This document shows, in pieces, positions 22,878 through 33,709 of a stretch of 64,000 bases of DNA; position 1 is the stretch's first letter; every line of letters begins with the position of its first letter. The translations under genes were made by a program, and so were the position numbers. The notes beneath the pieces were generated by a model. The model was not told the origin of the DNA and searched no databases. It saw nothing but the letters and a program-made list of their open reading frames with translations. This stretch comes from Trypanosoma brucei (lineage: Eukaryota), in contig AL929603.2 of assembly GCA_000002445.1 (NCBI GenBank), positions 352,001 through 416,000 on the forward strand, in the 5' to 3' direction.

Positions 22878-24872
22878 ATGGGAGGTGCGCCTTCTCGGGA
22901 GGCGACAGTTGTGTACTCGTATCTGCGAGGTACGTATGAAATTGGCCTCATTCCCCTTACAAGTGCTTTCTTTGGCCGGCCGTCAGGACGGGGGGAACAT
23001 GAAGGGGAAAATGTGCTACGGGGGCATTTCTTACAGATGCGGGAGGATCTCTTCGCGGCCTGTACACTCCCAACCCGAAACAAAGTGCTCTCATGGACAG
23101 AAATCGTGCCCAATCGATTTACGGGGGAGGACCTTGACGCGTTTTTGGAAATTGTGGACAAGCGGCTCTACCCAACAAATGCGGCAATGGTAGCAGATAA
23201 AAATTCTCCACTTCTCCCGGTCCCATGTGCTGTTTGTCTTGTCTGCAAAGATGGTCGGGAGCGCCGTGGCAGTTTTCGCTGGCGCGGGCGGAACATTGTC
23301 ATCATCGGTTACTTTGGATGCATGGATGAAAAGCTTGATGCGGCTTTCAAAACAGAGAAACGCACGCCACGCCAGGGGATGTACAGCATCACTGCCGCTG
23401 TATTTCCCTCTATTGGTGATCGTACGTTTGACCGCGTTCTTGCCTTAGCACCAGTGATGCTTCGGGGGCAGTTTGTGGGATCTGTGTTGCAACTCCGTAG
23501 GGGAGGAGGGGAATTCGCAACGCCCTTGAGTGAGCGTGGGGAAATGGTTGATGTCTCTAGTGAGGCTCCTTCGCTCGGAGCGGGAATTGGTGGAGTGGTA
23601 GGGCAATCAGATGGATTGATTCATGAGGATTCTGCAGTTGACAGCGCCTTCGAAATGTTCGTGGAGCGCGTCTCCCAGATGTCTGTATTCGTTGAGGTGG
23701 TCTCGGATAACTACTCGTCACTGAAGTCTCTAGTGGAAAATGTTGCCTTCATCCAGATTCATACACAGGCGGAACCTAAACAGTGTACGCTTGATCTTCC
23801 TCCAATCGTTCAGAACGCCTTTAATCGCACTACAACTGCGAGCAGTTGCGAGAAGAAAGCTGACGCGGAGGGTCACCATGCAGAAAAGTCGCCTCCACAA
23901 CGTTCATCTGCCATGGAACAGGGGTCTTCTTGTTGCACCGTGCAAGGAGTAAGCTGCTCGTTGGAGCGCGATGATTTAACCGATCTGTCCAGTGTGGAGC
24001 CTGAAGGTTCATCTCACTTAAGTAAAGTGCCAACGGAGGATGGTGGTAGTTTTCACTTCTGTACAGAGATAGTTCGTGTTCATTTCAACGAGAGATATGT
24101 GTCCCTAGCCATCCAGTGGCTCTCAAGTTTCTTCCGAAAACCAACCTTGCTTGAGAATGGTTATTGGGTACACTACTGCCTGAAAAAGGAAGAGGAAGTG
24201 ATACGCAGAATACTCTGCCATCGCGATACTATTGTCTCCGGTTGGCGAACGTCTCACCCCGAACTCGCTAATCAATACATGGGTGACGGCACGGACAAAC
24301 TACTGGAGCACGTACGGATCCTTCAGCACGAATTACAACAAGCCCGCAAGGCTGCAGAAGAACCTACACTGCGTAAAAAAGCCAGTACGCCTCCCACTCT
24401 GCCGTGTCCGAATACCACTTCAATGGCAGTGTTGGCACCACCCCCTCCGCCTCATGTGATGCCGTACGCCGTGCCTCCTCTTCCGTCACCGGTTTATTTT
24501 GTTCAACAGCAACCTGTGGGAAACCCCATGTTTGTGTCGTTGCTTCCTTTTCAGCAAGTGCAGCAGGTTCCACAAGTGCAACAGATCCCACAATTTCAGC
24601 AGGTGCCGCAAATTCAGCCACTGCAACAGATTTCGCATGTGCAGCAGATCCCTCAATTGCAGCAAACCCAACCGGTACAGTCGATATCGCATGTTCAGCA
24701 GATTTCGCATGTGCAACCGATTCATCAAGTGCAGCAAATCTCACATGTGCAACCGATGCCATTGTACCACCTCCAACCACCTGAATTACAACAGCCCTCG
24801 GTTTGTTATCTTCCCTTTGGGGATGGAGGAGCTCTACCCCCAAGTTATGTCATTCCAAGCTCGCTGTCGTAG
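22878..24872 (+). CDS. Paralogue C of the same family
   Basis: ATG start MGGAPSREATVVYSYLRGTYEIGLIPL. Shared motifs are PVPCAVCLVC, IIGYFGC and GDRTFDRV. The C-terminus has degenerate heptad-like repeats (QQISHVQ / QQIPQFQ). Confidence 0.75.
   Translation: MGGAPSREATVVYSYLRGTYEIGLIPLTSAFFGRPSGRGEHEGENVLRGHFLQMREDLFAACTLPTRNKVLSWTEIVPNRFTGEDLDAFLEIVDKRLYPTNAAMVADKNSPLLPVPCAVCLVCKDGRERRGSFRWRGRNIVIIGYFGCMDEKLDAAFKTEKRTPRQGMYSITAAVFPSIGDRTFDRVLALAPVMLRGQFVGSVLQLRRGGGEFATPLSERGEMVDVSSEAPSLGAGIGGVVGQSDGLIHEDSAVDSAFEMFVERVSQMSVFVEVVSDNYSSLKSLVENVAFIQIHTQAEPKQCTLDLPPIVQNAFNRTTTASSCEKKADAEGHHAEKSPPQRSSAMEQGSSCCTVQGVSCSLERDDLTDLSSVEPEGSSHLSKVPTEDGGSFHFCTEIVRVHFNERYVSLAIQWLSSFFRKPTLLENGYWVHYCLKKEEEVIRRILCHRDTIVSGWRTSHPELANQYMGDGTDKLLEHVRILQHELQQARKAAEEPTLRKKASTPPTLPCPNTTSMAVLAPPPPPHVMPYAVPPLPSPVYFVQQQPVGNPMFVSLLPFQQVQQVPQVQQIPQFQQVPQIQPLQQISHVQQIPQLQQTQPVQSISHVQQISHVQPIHQVQQISHVQPMPLYHLQPPELQQPSVCYLPFGDGGALPPSYVIPSSLS
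24590..24765 (+). repeat. Degenerate ~21-nt tandem repeat (consensus near CAGCAGATTTCGCATGTGCAA) inside the 3' end of paralogue C, about 8 copies, encoding QQISHVQ / QQIPQFQ units
   Basis: Repeating CAGCAGAT(T/C)(T/C)C(G/A)CA(T/A)(G/T)TGCA units are visible in the sequence, with a matching periodicity in the translation. Confidence 0.7.
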
Positions 24873-27800
24873 TGATACATAGTGAGGAAATAAGAAAAAC
24901 AAAAAAAATGGATGAACGTGTGTAGTTCCATACCATGACTAGAGGAGCTGGAACGGCTCGTTCTTGTTCTTTTGATTTTTTTTCTTCCTTTTTATAAAAT
25001 TTTTAATTTTGTTGTTTTCTTTTTCTTCCCTGTTCTTCCTCTTGAAATGGTTAATTACCTTCCACTAGGATTGCTGTTTTTTGCCCTCTCAGAAGGCGTT
25101 TTTTTTTCTTTGTGCGCTCTGCTCGCATATTCGACATGTCCATCCTTTTTAGTTTTGCTTATAAAATGAGGAAAAAAGAAAATGAAGACTCGTTTCTCTT
25201 TATGTTTTTGTTCCTTCTGTTTGTGTGTGTTTGTTGTTGTTGTTGTTTTTGCGTGATTTTATGTGTGTGTGGGTAGTTGTTTTTCTTTTTCTTTTTTTTT
25301 TGCTGCTTTCGAAGCATTACGACTTGTAGCTGAGCGTTAAAAGCGAATGATTATTATATTATTATTATTATTCCCTCCTCTTCCTACTTGTCTTTGTTCG
25401 GCGGGTGTGTTTCTCCGTCGTGTTTCCTACTTTTTTTTTTGTGTATGTGTCTGTGTGTGTCTTTTTTTTTTTCCTGCTTCAAATTTGCTGCAGACAAATA
25501 AACAGAGAAAATAAAAGAGATGGTCATCTTCTCTTGTTGTTGTTTATTGTGATTCATTTTTTGTTTGTTTGTTTGTTTGGGGGAAGTCCGCGGATATGTA
25601 GAACAATTATGTTTTTCTTTTTTTTTTTGCTTAAGAAGTGGGAAGTAGTTTTTTTTTTTTCTGCTTTTGGTTGTTTTGATTTCCTGTTTTTGGTTGTCTC
25701 AGCCTTGCGTCCATTTGGATCAAGATAACACACAACTTCTTATTTGTCTTGTTTTTTGTTACTTTTTCGTTTTTTTATACTTTTTTTTTTCTCTTTTACT
25801 ACTTTCTCTTCCTGTGTTCGACTTTTTTTTTTTTTAATCTTTGTTTTCTTTTTTTGTTTGTTTATTTATCAGTTGTGCTGTTCTGCTTCATCTCATTTCT
25901 GCGGCTTTTCACACTTTTTTCGGTCATTTTTTTTTTACTTTGATTTACTTTTTTTGTCTGTTTTTTTTTCCCCCTTTCCTCCCTCCCCCCCTTTTCCTTT
26001 TCGGTGTTTTTTATTATTGTTATTATCATTATTATTCTTACGCCTATGGCTTTCATTTATTACTGTTTCACTGTTATTCTACACAGTGTTCTGCTATATC
26101 CCTTGCGTCGCAGGGAGTGACAACACATTTATATATATATATATATATGAAATATACAAATAATTATAAATATATATATATATATATATGGTCGTGTCTG
26201 AAATTGTATGTGCCTGTTCAGGGAGGAGCGTGAAAAAAAGAAAAAAAAGAAAAAGAAGGGGGAGGGAGAAAGAAAAAAAAGAAATAAGGAAGGAAGGAAG
26301 GAAGAAACAGAGAAGGAACAGGAAAGAAAGGAAAAAGCAAATAAAAAATGTACACATAAATACGCACGTCTGCATGCGTTTGTTTTGTGGTTTGTTGAAT
26401 ATTGAGTGCTTGGTTGAGTTAGAAACAAAACAAAAATAAAAATAAAAGGTGATGGAGATGGAGATGGAGATGGGGTTGGAAACTACAAAACAGACAGACA
26501 TGCAATCATGCGTGTGGTGCGTATTTATATTTATTTATTTATATATATATAAATATATATTTATTGATATATATTTTGACTTATGCACTTAGGCATATTT
26601 ATGGTGAAAGAACAACAACAACAACAACAACAAAAACAAAGTACAAAAAAGTTCTTTTTTTTTTCTTTTACTTACTTACTTAATTTTTCCTTTTGAGACG
26701 CGCACGCACACATGCCTCGCGTGCAGAAAAGAGGTTGCTCCAGTCGCCCCACCCCGCTGGAATCCGTCTGTGAAGCTTCAGGCTGCTGTTTAAGTTCCTG
26801 GTCGTAATTTTTTTATTCGTGTCTCTTCTTCTTTTTGTTTTTCTTTTTTCTTTTTTTTAAATTCCATTTTATTCGGCTGGGCCGCGCATTGTTTTTGTTT
26901 GTTTTTTGTTTTCTTGTTTGTTTGTTTCGGGTCTTGTATAATTTTAGTTGTGTTGTTGTATCATTTGTTTGTTTGTTTTTCAAACCTCCAACACGTGTTC
27001 CTTTTTTTTTTATTTATTTTTGCGTCCTCATGAGACCCCGCACCGCACCGCCATCACACAAATAATAAATAATAACAATAATAATAAAAAAAGAAAGACA
27101 AAAAGAAAAAGAAAAAGGAAAAGAAAAGAAAAAATATATATCTTTTGACATGAACACACATGCCGGCGCACGGTCGCCTTATTCCAACATAAAGAGAGGG
27201 GAAAAGGAGGAAAAAAAAAAAGAAGAAGCGTATTCCCCACTGGGAGAAGTAAATCCAAGTAAAAACACGAATAAAAAAAATATAACAAATGAATGGGAAG
27301 TGGGAAAAAGAAAGGGAGGATGAGGAAAGTGAAGAAAGAAAGGAAGAAAAGAAATAATTTTCCTTTTTTTTAAAAAAAAAGGAAAAGGAAAGGAAAGGAA
27401 AGCGGAAGAAGAAGAAGAAAAAGGAAATGAAATTTAAGTTTAAATTTAAACGAAGAAAATGGAATGATATAAAGATGGAAGTGTAGTGTTTGTTGCGCAT
27501 ACGGCGGTATGGGAGAGAAATTTGAGAGGAAAATTGATTAAGTGAATTAAATAAGAAGAGAAGGATTAATAGATATATATATATATATATATACATATGA
27601 TGGAAGGGAATGATGTGAAACGTGAAACTCGTGCGTTTTTTTTGTGTGCTTGTTTATATGTCTTTCCTTGTTTTTCTTTTTGTTTTGACTTGTCTCGCTG
27701 TGGCGTGACGGGAGTTTGTAAAGGCACTTTTTCCCCGTCATTATTATTGTTATTATTATTATTATTATCTATTGTTATTAGTATTCCTATTCCTATTTCT

Positions 27801-29314
27801 ATTCCTACTACCGCTATCATTATTATTATTATTCATACTATTCCTATTGCTACTACTATGATTATTATTATTATTACTATTATTATTATTGTTATTGTTA
27901 CTATCATTACCCCTCGTTTGTATTTATACTCATGAGTACAAATACATCCACTATTCACACATTTATATATATTTATATATTTACATATATATATTTATAT
28001 ATAAATATATTTCTGCTTGTGTGCTCGTTTCTTGTGTACTGCACTGGAATAGGAGGAAAACAAAAAAAAGCTGCAGATAAAGTGAAGAAAAGAAATTTTT
28101 TTTATTATGGAGGGGAGAGGATAAAAATAGCAGTGATCATAATGAGAACAATTTTTTTTTCCTAACAGAACAAAGCAAAAAAAAAAGTGCGTAATTAGGA
28201 ACAGTGAAGAGGAGGGGGGGGGAAAATAAATAAATAAATAATAATAATAAATGAACAGCACCGCATGAAAACGTGTGAAATGTTGGTGTCTTTTTCTTCC
28301 TCCTTTTTTGGTAAAGGAGTGTTTCCACGTGTTCCATACTTCCTTTCCAATATTTTTCTTGCTTTTTCTTTTTTTTTCTTTTCTTTTCTATCCTATTTTA
28401 TGGTTCATGTTTGTTTTTTTCATTTTCATTTTCATTTTCTCTCTTTCTCTCTTTCTCTCTCCCTCTGCGTGTGTGCGCTCATTTGTGTGTTTGGACTTGG
28501 ACTTGGACTTGGATATGACGTTATTTTAAGTGCTTTTTTTTCTTTCTTTTCTTTTTTCTTTTAAAATATTTGGTTGGTTGCGGTGTTTTTTCGTTTTGAT
28601 AAATTGGGGCTTAAGTACGAAAAAAAAAAAGGATGACGATCAAGTAAGTGAATGAATTAACAAAAGAAAATAAAATGAAAATAAAATAAAATGTATCAAA
28701 CAATTTTAAAAAAAATGATCGGAATGGTGAATTCTTTTTCTTTTTTTTTTCTTGATATATACTTCACTTCGATTTCTTATTTTTATATCAGTTATTATTC
28801 ATACAAAAAAAAAGTGAAAATAAAAATGTCGAAAGGAGGAACCCTGAATGACGGGAGCAACTTCCGTGATTTTGTCTTTTTTTTTCCCACTTTTCGGGAA
28901 CAACAACAACAAAAAGGAGAACAGAAAATGAAAAAAATGAAAAATAAAATGCAAGTGATAGTGATAATGATGATGATGATGATGATAAACAATAGTGATC
29001 ATTAGATCTTTGATTTTGAATTTGAAAAGGAGAAAGAATTGGTAATTGCCAAGCAAAAGGTTGGGACATTGCCGGTTCAAGGGGGAGGAATAACAAAAGT
29101 AAGTTAAATTCAAATGAAAAAAAAAAGGAGGGGGGAAAAAGTTGAAAGGAAAAATATTGGAAACGTATCCACAAAGTTTTTTTTTGAAATTTCCTCTTCA
29201 TTTATCTTTTCACCATTTTATTTAATTTTTATTTTGTATCATTACTTCCTTTCTGTTGCCTCATTATCTCATCTCACATACACGTTTCTACTTTTCTGTA
29301 TTTTCATATTTAAA

Positions 29315-29352
<38 letters not shown>

Positions 29353-30376
29353 TATAAGCAGCTGAAAAAAGATATGTTTATAAATTAATAGATATAAAAT
29401 ATATATATATATATATATATTTGTATCCTTGTGTGTGTGCACGTGGATTTGTGTAAGTATGTATTTATTACTAAAACATATGAAATTTCAAAGAAAAAAC
29501 AAAAAAAAGAAGAGAAATGTAATACAGAAAATAAAATAAAATAAATAAAAGGGAGGCAACCCCCGGTGTGTTTTTGTGCACATAAAATTGTGAAATTTTG
29601 TAAAAAAAAAAAAGGAAATTAAATAGCGAATAGTCATGAATATATGGAAATTCGCACACATGAATACTATCAGCGATATCATTCTTCATAAATGTTGACG
29701 GCACTGAAACACTTTTGTAGTGTGAGATACAAGTTTTTTTTGTTTTTTTTTTATTTAAAGGGAAAACTGAAAAGGAGGAAAGCGAAGAAAAAAAAGAGAG
29801 AAGAAAGACGAGGCTGCAGAAACAATACTCGTCCGAGTGTGAATGTGATAGAAATGGATCAATTTATTGTTATTATTATTATTTCTATCTCTATGGTTGT
29901 TATCATTATTACGATGATGATGATGATTACTGTTATTGTTACTATTATTATTATTATTGCAGGCTGCATCGAACTGTCTCCTCCAGCACATGTGTTTGCA
30001 TTTGTTTCTTCTTTTTCTTCCTTTTTTTTTCTTCCTCTTTCTCCACTGCGCCGTCAGGTGAAGTGATATAATGAATGCACAGTTGTGCAAAGAAGTGTGA
30101 AATAGAGGTGGGGTGATTTTTTTTTTCCCTTTGAAAGCCATTTTTTTTTCCTTTTTGCTGTGTTTTATTTCCCTTTTCGTTTTGTTTATGTTCCTTCCCC
30201 TCCTTCATACTATCTTCAATTTTGTCTCTTTTTTTTTGCTTTTTTTTGTCTTTTCTTTTATTTTTATTTTCCAGTCTTTACTTCATTTAAAGTTGTTATA
30301 CTTTTGCTACGTGTTACACGTCTCTTGGCGGATGCCCACGCCTAATTTACAAAAAAAGAAGAGAATACAAAATATA

Positions 30377-30416
<40 letters not shown>

Positions 30417-33400
30417 TATTCAAAAAAATGTAAACAAAAGGACAAAGTTGTACAACTTGCTTAATTACATTATTTATATGTTGGTGCGGAATTTACAAAT
30501 TTGCTGCTAACTGAACGCAATACAAAAACATCGAATTCCTCAGAAAGAAGAAAAAAAACAAGGGAGTTAAGAAGAAGGAAATTTGTTGGGTTGGTTTGAA
30601 ATGAGACTAAAATGCTGCGAGTGGATTTTTTTTATTTTTATTAAATCCACAACTGGGTGTTTTGTTTTCTGCTGCTGTTCCTGTTGCGCCTCACATTTGC
30701 ATTTAAATGCATTTTATGAATGAGCCTTATTATGTTTGGCATATTCGATGTTTTATATGCTGAAGCTTTTCCTCTTTTATTTCATTTTATTTCATGCTTA
30801 TTTTCGCTTTTTATATATTTTTGTTCTACAACATGTGTTTATTTATATATAAATATTTATATTCATAGGTGATAAGCCTTAACCGTGCCGGGACAATTTG
30901 AGAATCGCCTTTTTTTTTCAAGTTGGTTTTTTTTTATTTAAAAAAAAAGTTGTTGACTCCGTTGGAGATCCTTACCCCGATGCCTTTGGGCTGTGGCGAG
31001 GGAAGAAGTGACAAATCACATTAATACAAATAGTTTATTTATTTATTTTTTTTGTAAAAGAATAAAAAATAAAAGAAGAAAGTGAACAAAAAAGAAACAG
31101 AAAAACCGAGGAAGTGGGTACTTCCGGGAAATAACAAAACACATAAAATTCAAACGAAGCACATAAAACACGACCATGTGTTTGTGTGTGTGTGCTTTCT
31201 TTCTTTTTTTCTTTCTTTTCTCTTTTTCTTTTTCTTTTCTCTTTTTCTTTTGTGATACTGTGTGGTTGACTTGGTTTTACAAATTAACACATGCTTATGC
31301 AACATTGCTATGCTGTCTATTTTGGTGGTGGGTGGGGAGATTTTTTTTTTTGGTTTTTTATGTATTTCAAATATTTTCTTCTTTTTCTTTTTCTTTTTTG
31401 CTTTTAATTATTCATCTGAACTCTTTGATGAATGGCGTGTATGCTTTTTCTTTTTTCTCTTTTTTTTTTCCTTCCTTATGTTGCGTGGGGTTGGAAAATA
31501 AAATAAAGAAAAAAGAAAAGGGACAAAAAGAAAACCATGAGTTTTACTGATGAAATAATAAATGGTGGCGATGAAAGTGCTGTGAGATATAAACAAACCA
31601 AACAAGCAAACAAATAAGTGAACGAATTAATGAAATGAATAGGGAAAAAAAAAGGAAAAAAAAACTAGAAAAAAATACGAGCAGATGATAAAAGTGTGAC
31701 GAATTTAAATAAATATATTATATTTATTTAAATGTATATTCATGCATTTTATGTTATTGTTGTCTGTCATGTGGCTGGATAAAAACTCCTATATTAAGAA
31801 TGCTTCCGGGCATATCTGTGTGTGGTTTTTTTTCTTTTTTCTTTTTCTTTTTCTTTTTCTTTACACCTTTTTAATGAGCGCTGTAACATTCCATTTATTC
31901 ACTTAAATTGTTACTTTTGATGTGTTTCTGTACTTCTTTTTTTTTTTTTTCCTCCTCCCCCTTCCTTCCTTCTTTTCTTTTTCACCCTTAAACTCATTTG
32001 TGCTGAAAGCGCAGCATAAACAAATAAAGGTAAAGATAAGGTGAGGTAAAGGAAGTGAAGAAAAAAGGAAAAGTGAGATTGAAGATCTTTTTTTAAAAAA
32101 AAAGATTGAGAGGGACACAAGAAGAAAAAAAAAATAGGTTGGAAGGAAGTGAGATACAAACTAAAAAAAGAATGTGTTAATGAATTTTTTAGGGTTGTAA
32201 ATTTTTTCTCTTTTTCTTTTCTTTTCTTTATTCTGTTGTTGTTGTTGTTGTTTTCCTGAAAGGAGCTTTGACGAATTTTGAACTCCGATGGGCCAAGCGT
32301 AAAAAAAAGGGGGAAGGGGAAATTAAACGTATATTTATGTGTAGTCACTACAATTTTTTCTTTTTCTTTTTTGTCTTCTTTTGCCTTGTTTTTTTTCTCT
32401 ATTTCTCATAAATATTCTTCAAAGATTTCTATTCTTCTTCATTTTCATTTTCTTTTGTTGGTTTAAACAAGCGAGAAACCAAAAAAAAATCAACGACTGT
32501 TGTTAATATTTTTCCGATTCTCTCTCTCTCTCTCTTTTTTTGTTTTTTTGAAAAGAAAACAAACACTTGTTTCATCTTCAATCTTCCCTTACTTTGTATT
32601 TTCTTCATTCAATTGAAAACTGCTCCCCCCCTTCCCCCCTTCATGAACGCTCTGTTGTTATTATATGAAGTGCTTTTTTTCTTTTTTTTTTCCTTGATTT
32701 AAAACTTCCTCATGTTTCCCACCCACCTCCTCCAAATTTTAATTTATTATGTTTATTCTGAAATGTTTCGTCCTGCGCTGATTGCTTGAAATGTTTTTGT
32801 TTTTGTTTTACTCCCCATATTCTTCAAATGTTCCATTCTTATCCCTTTTCCCTACTGTTTCTTTTTCTTTTTCTTCTTTCTCTCCCTCTCTCTCTCTCTC
32901 TTGTATTTGTAATATAACATTGCACATCATATATATTATATATATATGTATAATGTGTGTATGTGTTTCTGTACTTGTTCCTCGTATTAAAATATAACAA
33001 GATACGCTGCAGTACAATTTTTTTTTGGTGAGTGTAAACCAAAAAAAAAAAATAAAATAAAATAAAATAAAAGAAAGGGTGGAGGGAAATAATTATTTAG
33101 CGTGCCTTCCGTTAGCAAAGAAAAGTAATAGGTAGTAGAGACACAAGTACACAGTTCATATAAGCATATAAACATACACGTCACAAAAAGCTCAAAGGGA
33201 AAAGGATTTTTTTTAAAAAAAAAGAGAAAAGAGAAAGGGATTTATATTAAAGGAAAAGGTGAACAACAACAACAACAACAACAAAAAGGCGAAAGGAAAA
33301 GGGATCGGCCCTTCGACTCACGGGACTTGGAGTGGAGATAAAAGGAACTGCGGGATTTACGTATAAAACATTCGTTCCTTTTATTTTTTCCTTTTCCCCT

Positions 33401-33540
33401 TCACCCCCTCCTCCTCCTCCTCCTTGTGTATACGAACACAACTGCGAGGAATACTTATGGTTTAGTTGTTATAATTGTTGTCTTCGGTGTCGTTTGTTAT
33501 CATTATTTTTTTTATTGTTAGTTCGTTGTGAGCTTGATTG

Positions 33541-33542
<2 letters not shown>

Positions 33543-33579
<37 letters not shown>

Positions 33580-33586
33580 CGTATGT
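33543..33586. repeat. (TA)~22 microsatellite about 120 nt upstream of the kinase CDS
   Basis: Perfect TA dinucleotide run. Similar runs occur at about 5711-5742, 10707-10729, 12121-12155, 29328-29349, 30379-30413, 38977-39004 and 40426-40466. Confidence 0.9.
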
Positions 33587-33633
33587 GTGTTTCTTGTTTT
33601 TTGTAGCTTTGGACGGTGTTGTACATTTTCCGG

Positions 33634-33690
33634 ATCTTTTTTTCTTTTTTCTTTTTGTTTTGTCCCCTCCCCTCCAAAAAAAAAAGAAAA
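33634..33690 (+). promoter_or_regulatory. Polypyrimidine tract followed by an AG; candidate spliced-leader trans-splice acceptor region for the kinase mRNA
   Basis: ttttttctttttgttttgtcccctcccctcc, then A-rich sequence with an AG about 25 nt before the ATG. This is the typical kinetoplastid arrangement. Confidence 0.4.
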
Positions 33691-33709
33691 ATCGTGTTGG
33701 TGAATTACC

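Noticed and set aside
27054-27596. 180-aa minus-strand ORF and neighbours (19720-20166, 31911-32348, 26094-26501)
   Set aside because: The peptides are F/L/I/Y-rich or N-rich homopolymers read from TA repeats, (TTA)n and A-runs on the opposite strand. They are not genes.
26440-28520. Short tandem hexamer repeats (GATGGA)x4 at about 26447-26475 and (GGACTT)x3 at about 28492-28510, considered as CRISPR-like or minisatellite arrays
   Set aside because: They are only 3-4 contiguous copies with no spacers. These are ordinary microsatellites in a eukaryotic spacer, not CRISPR.
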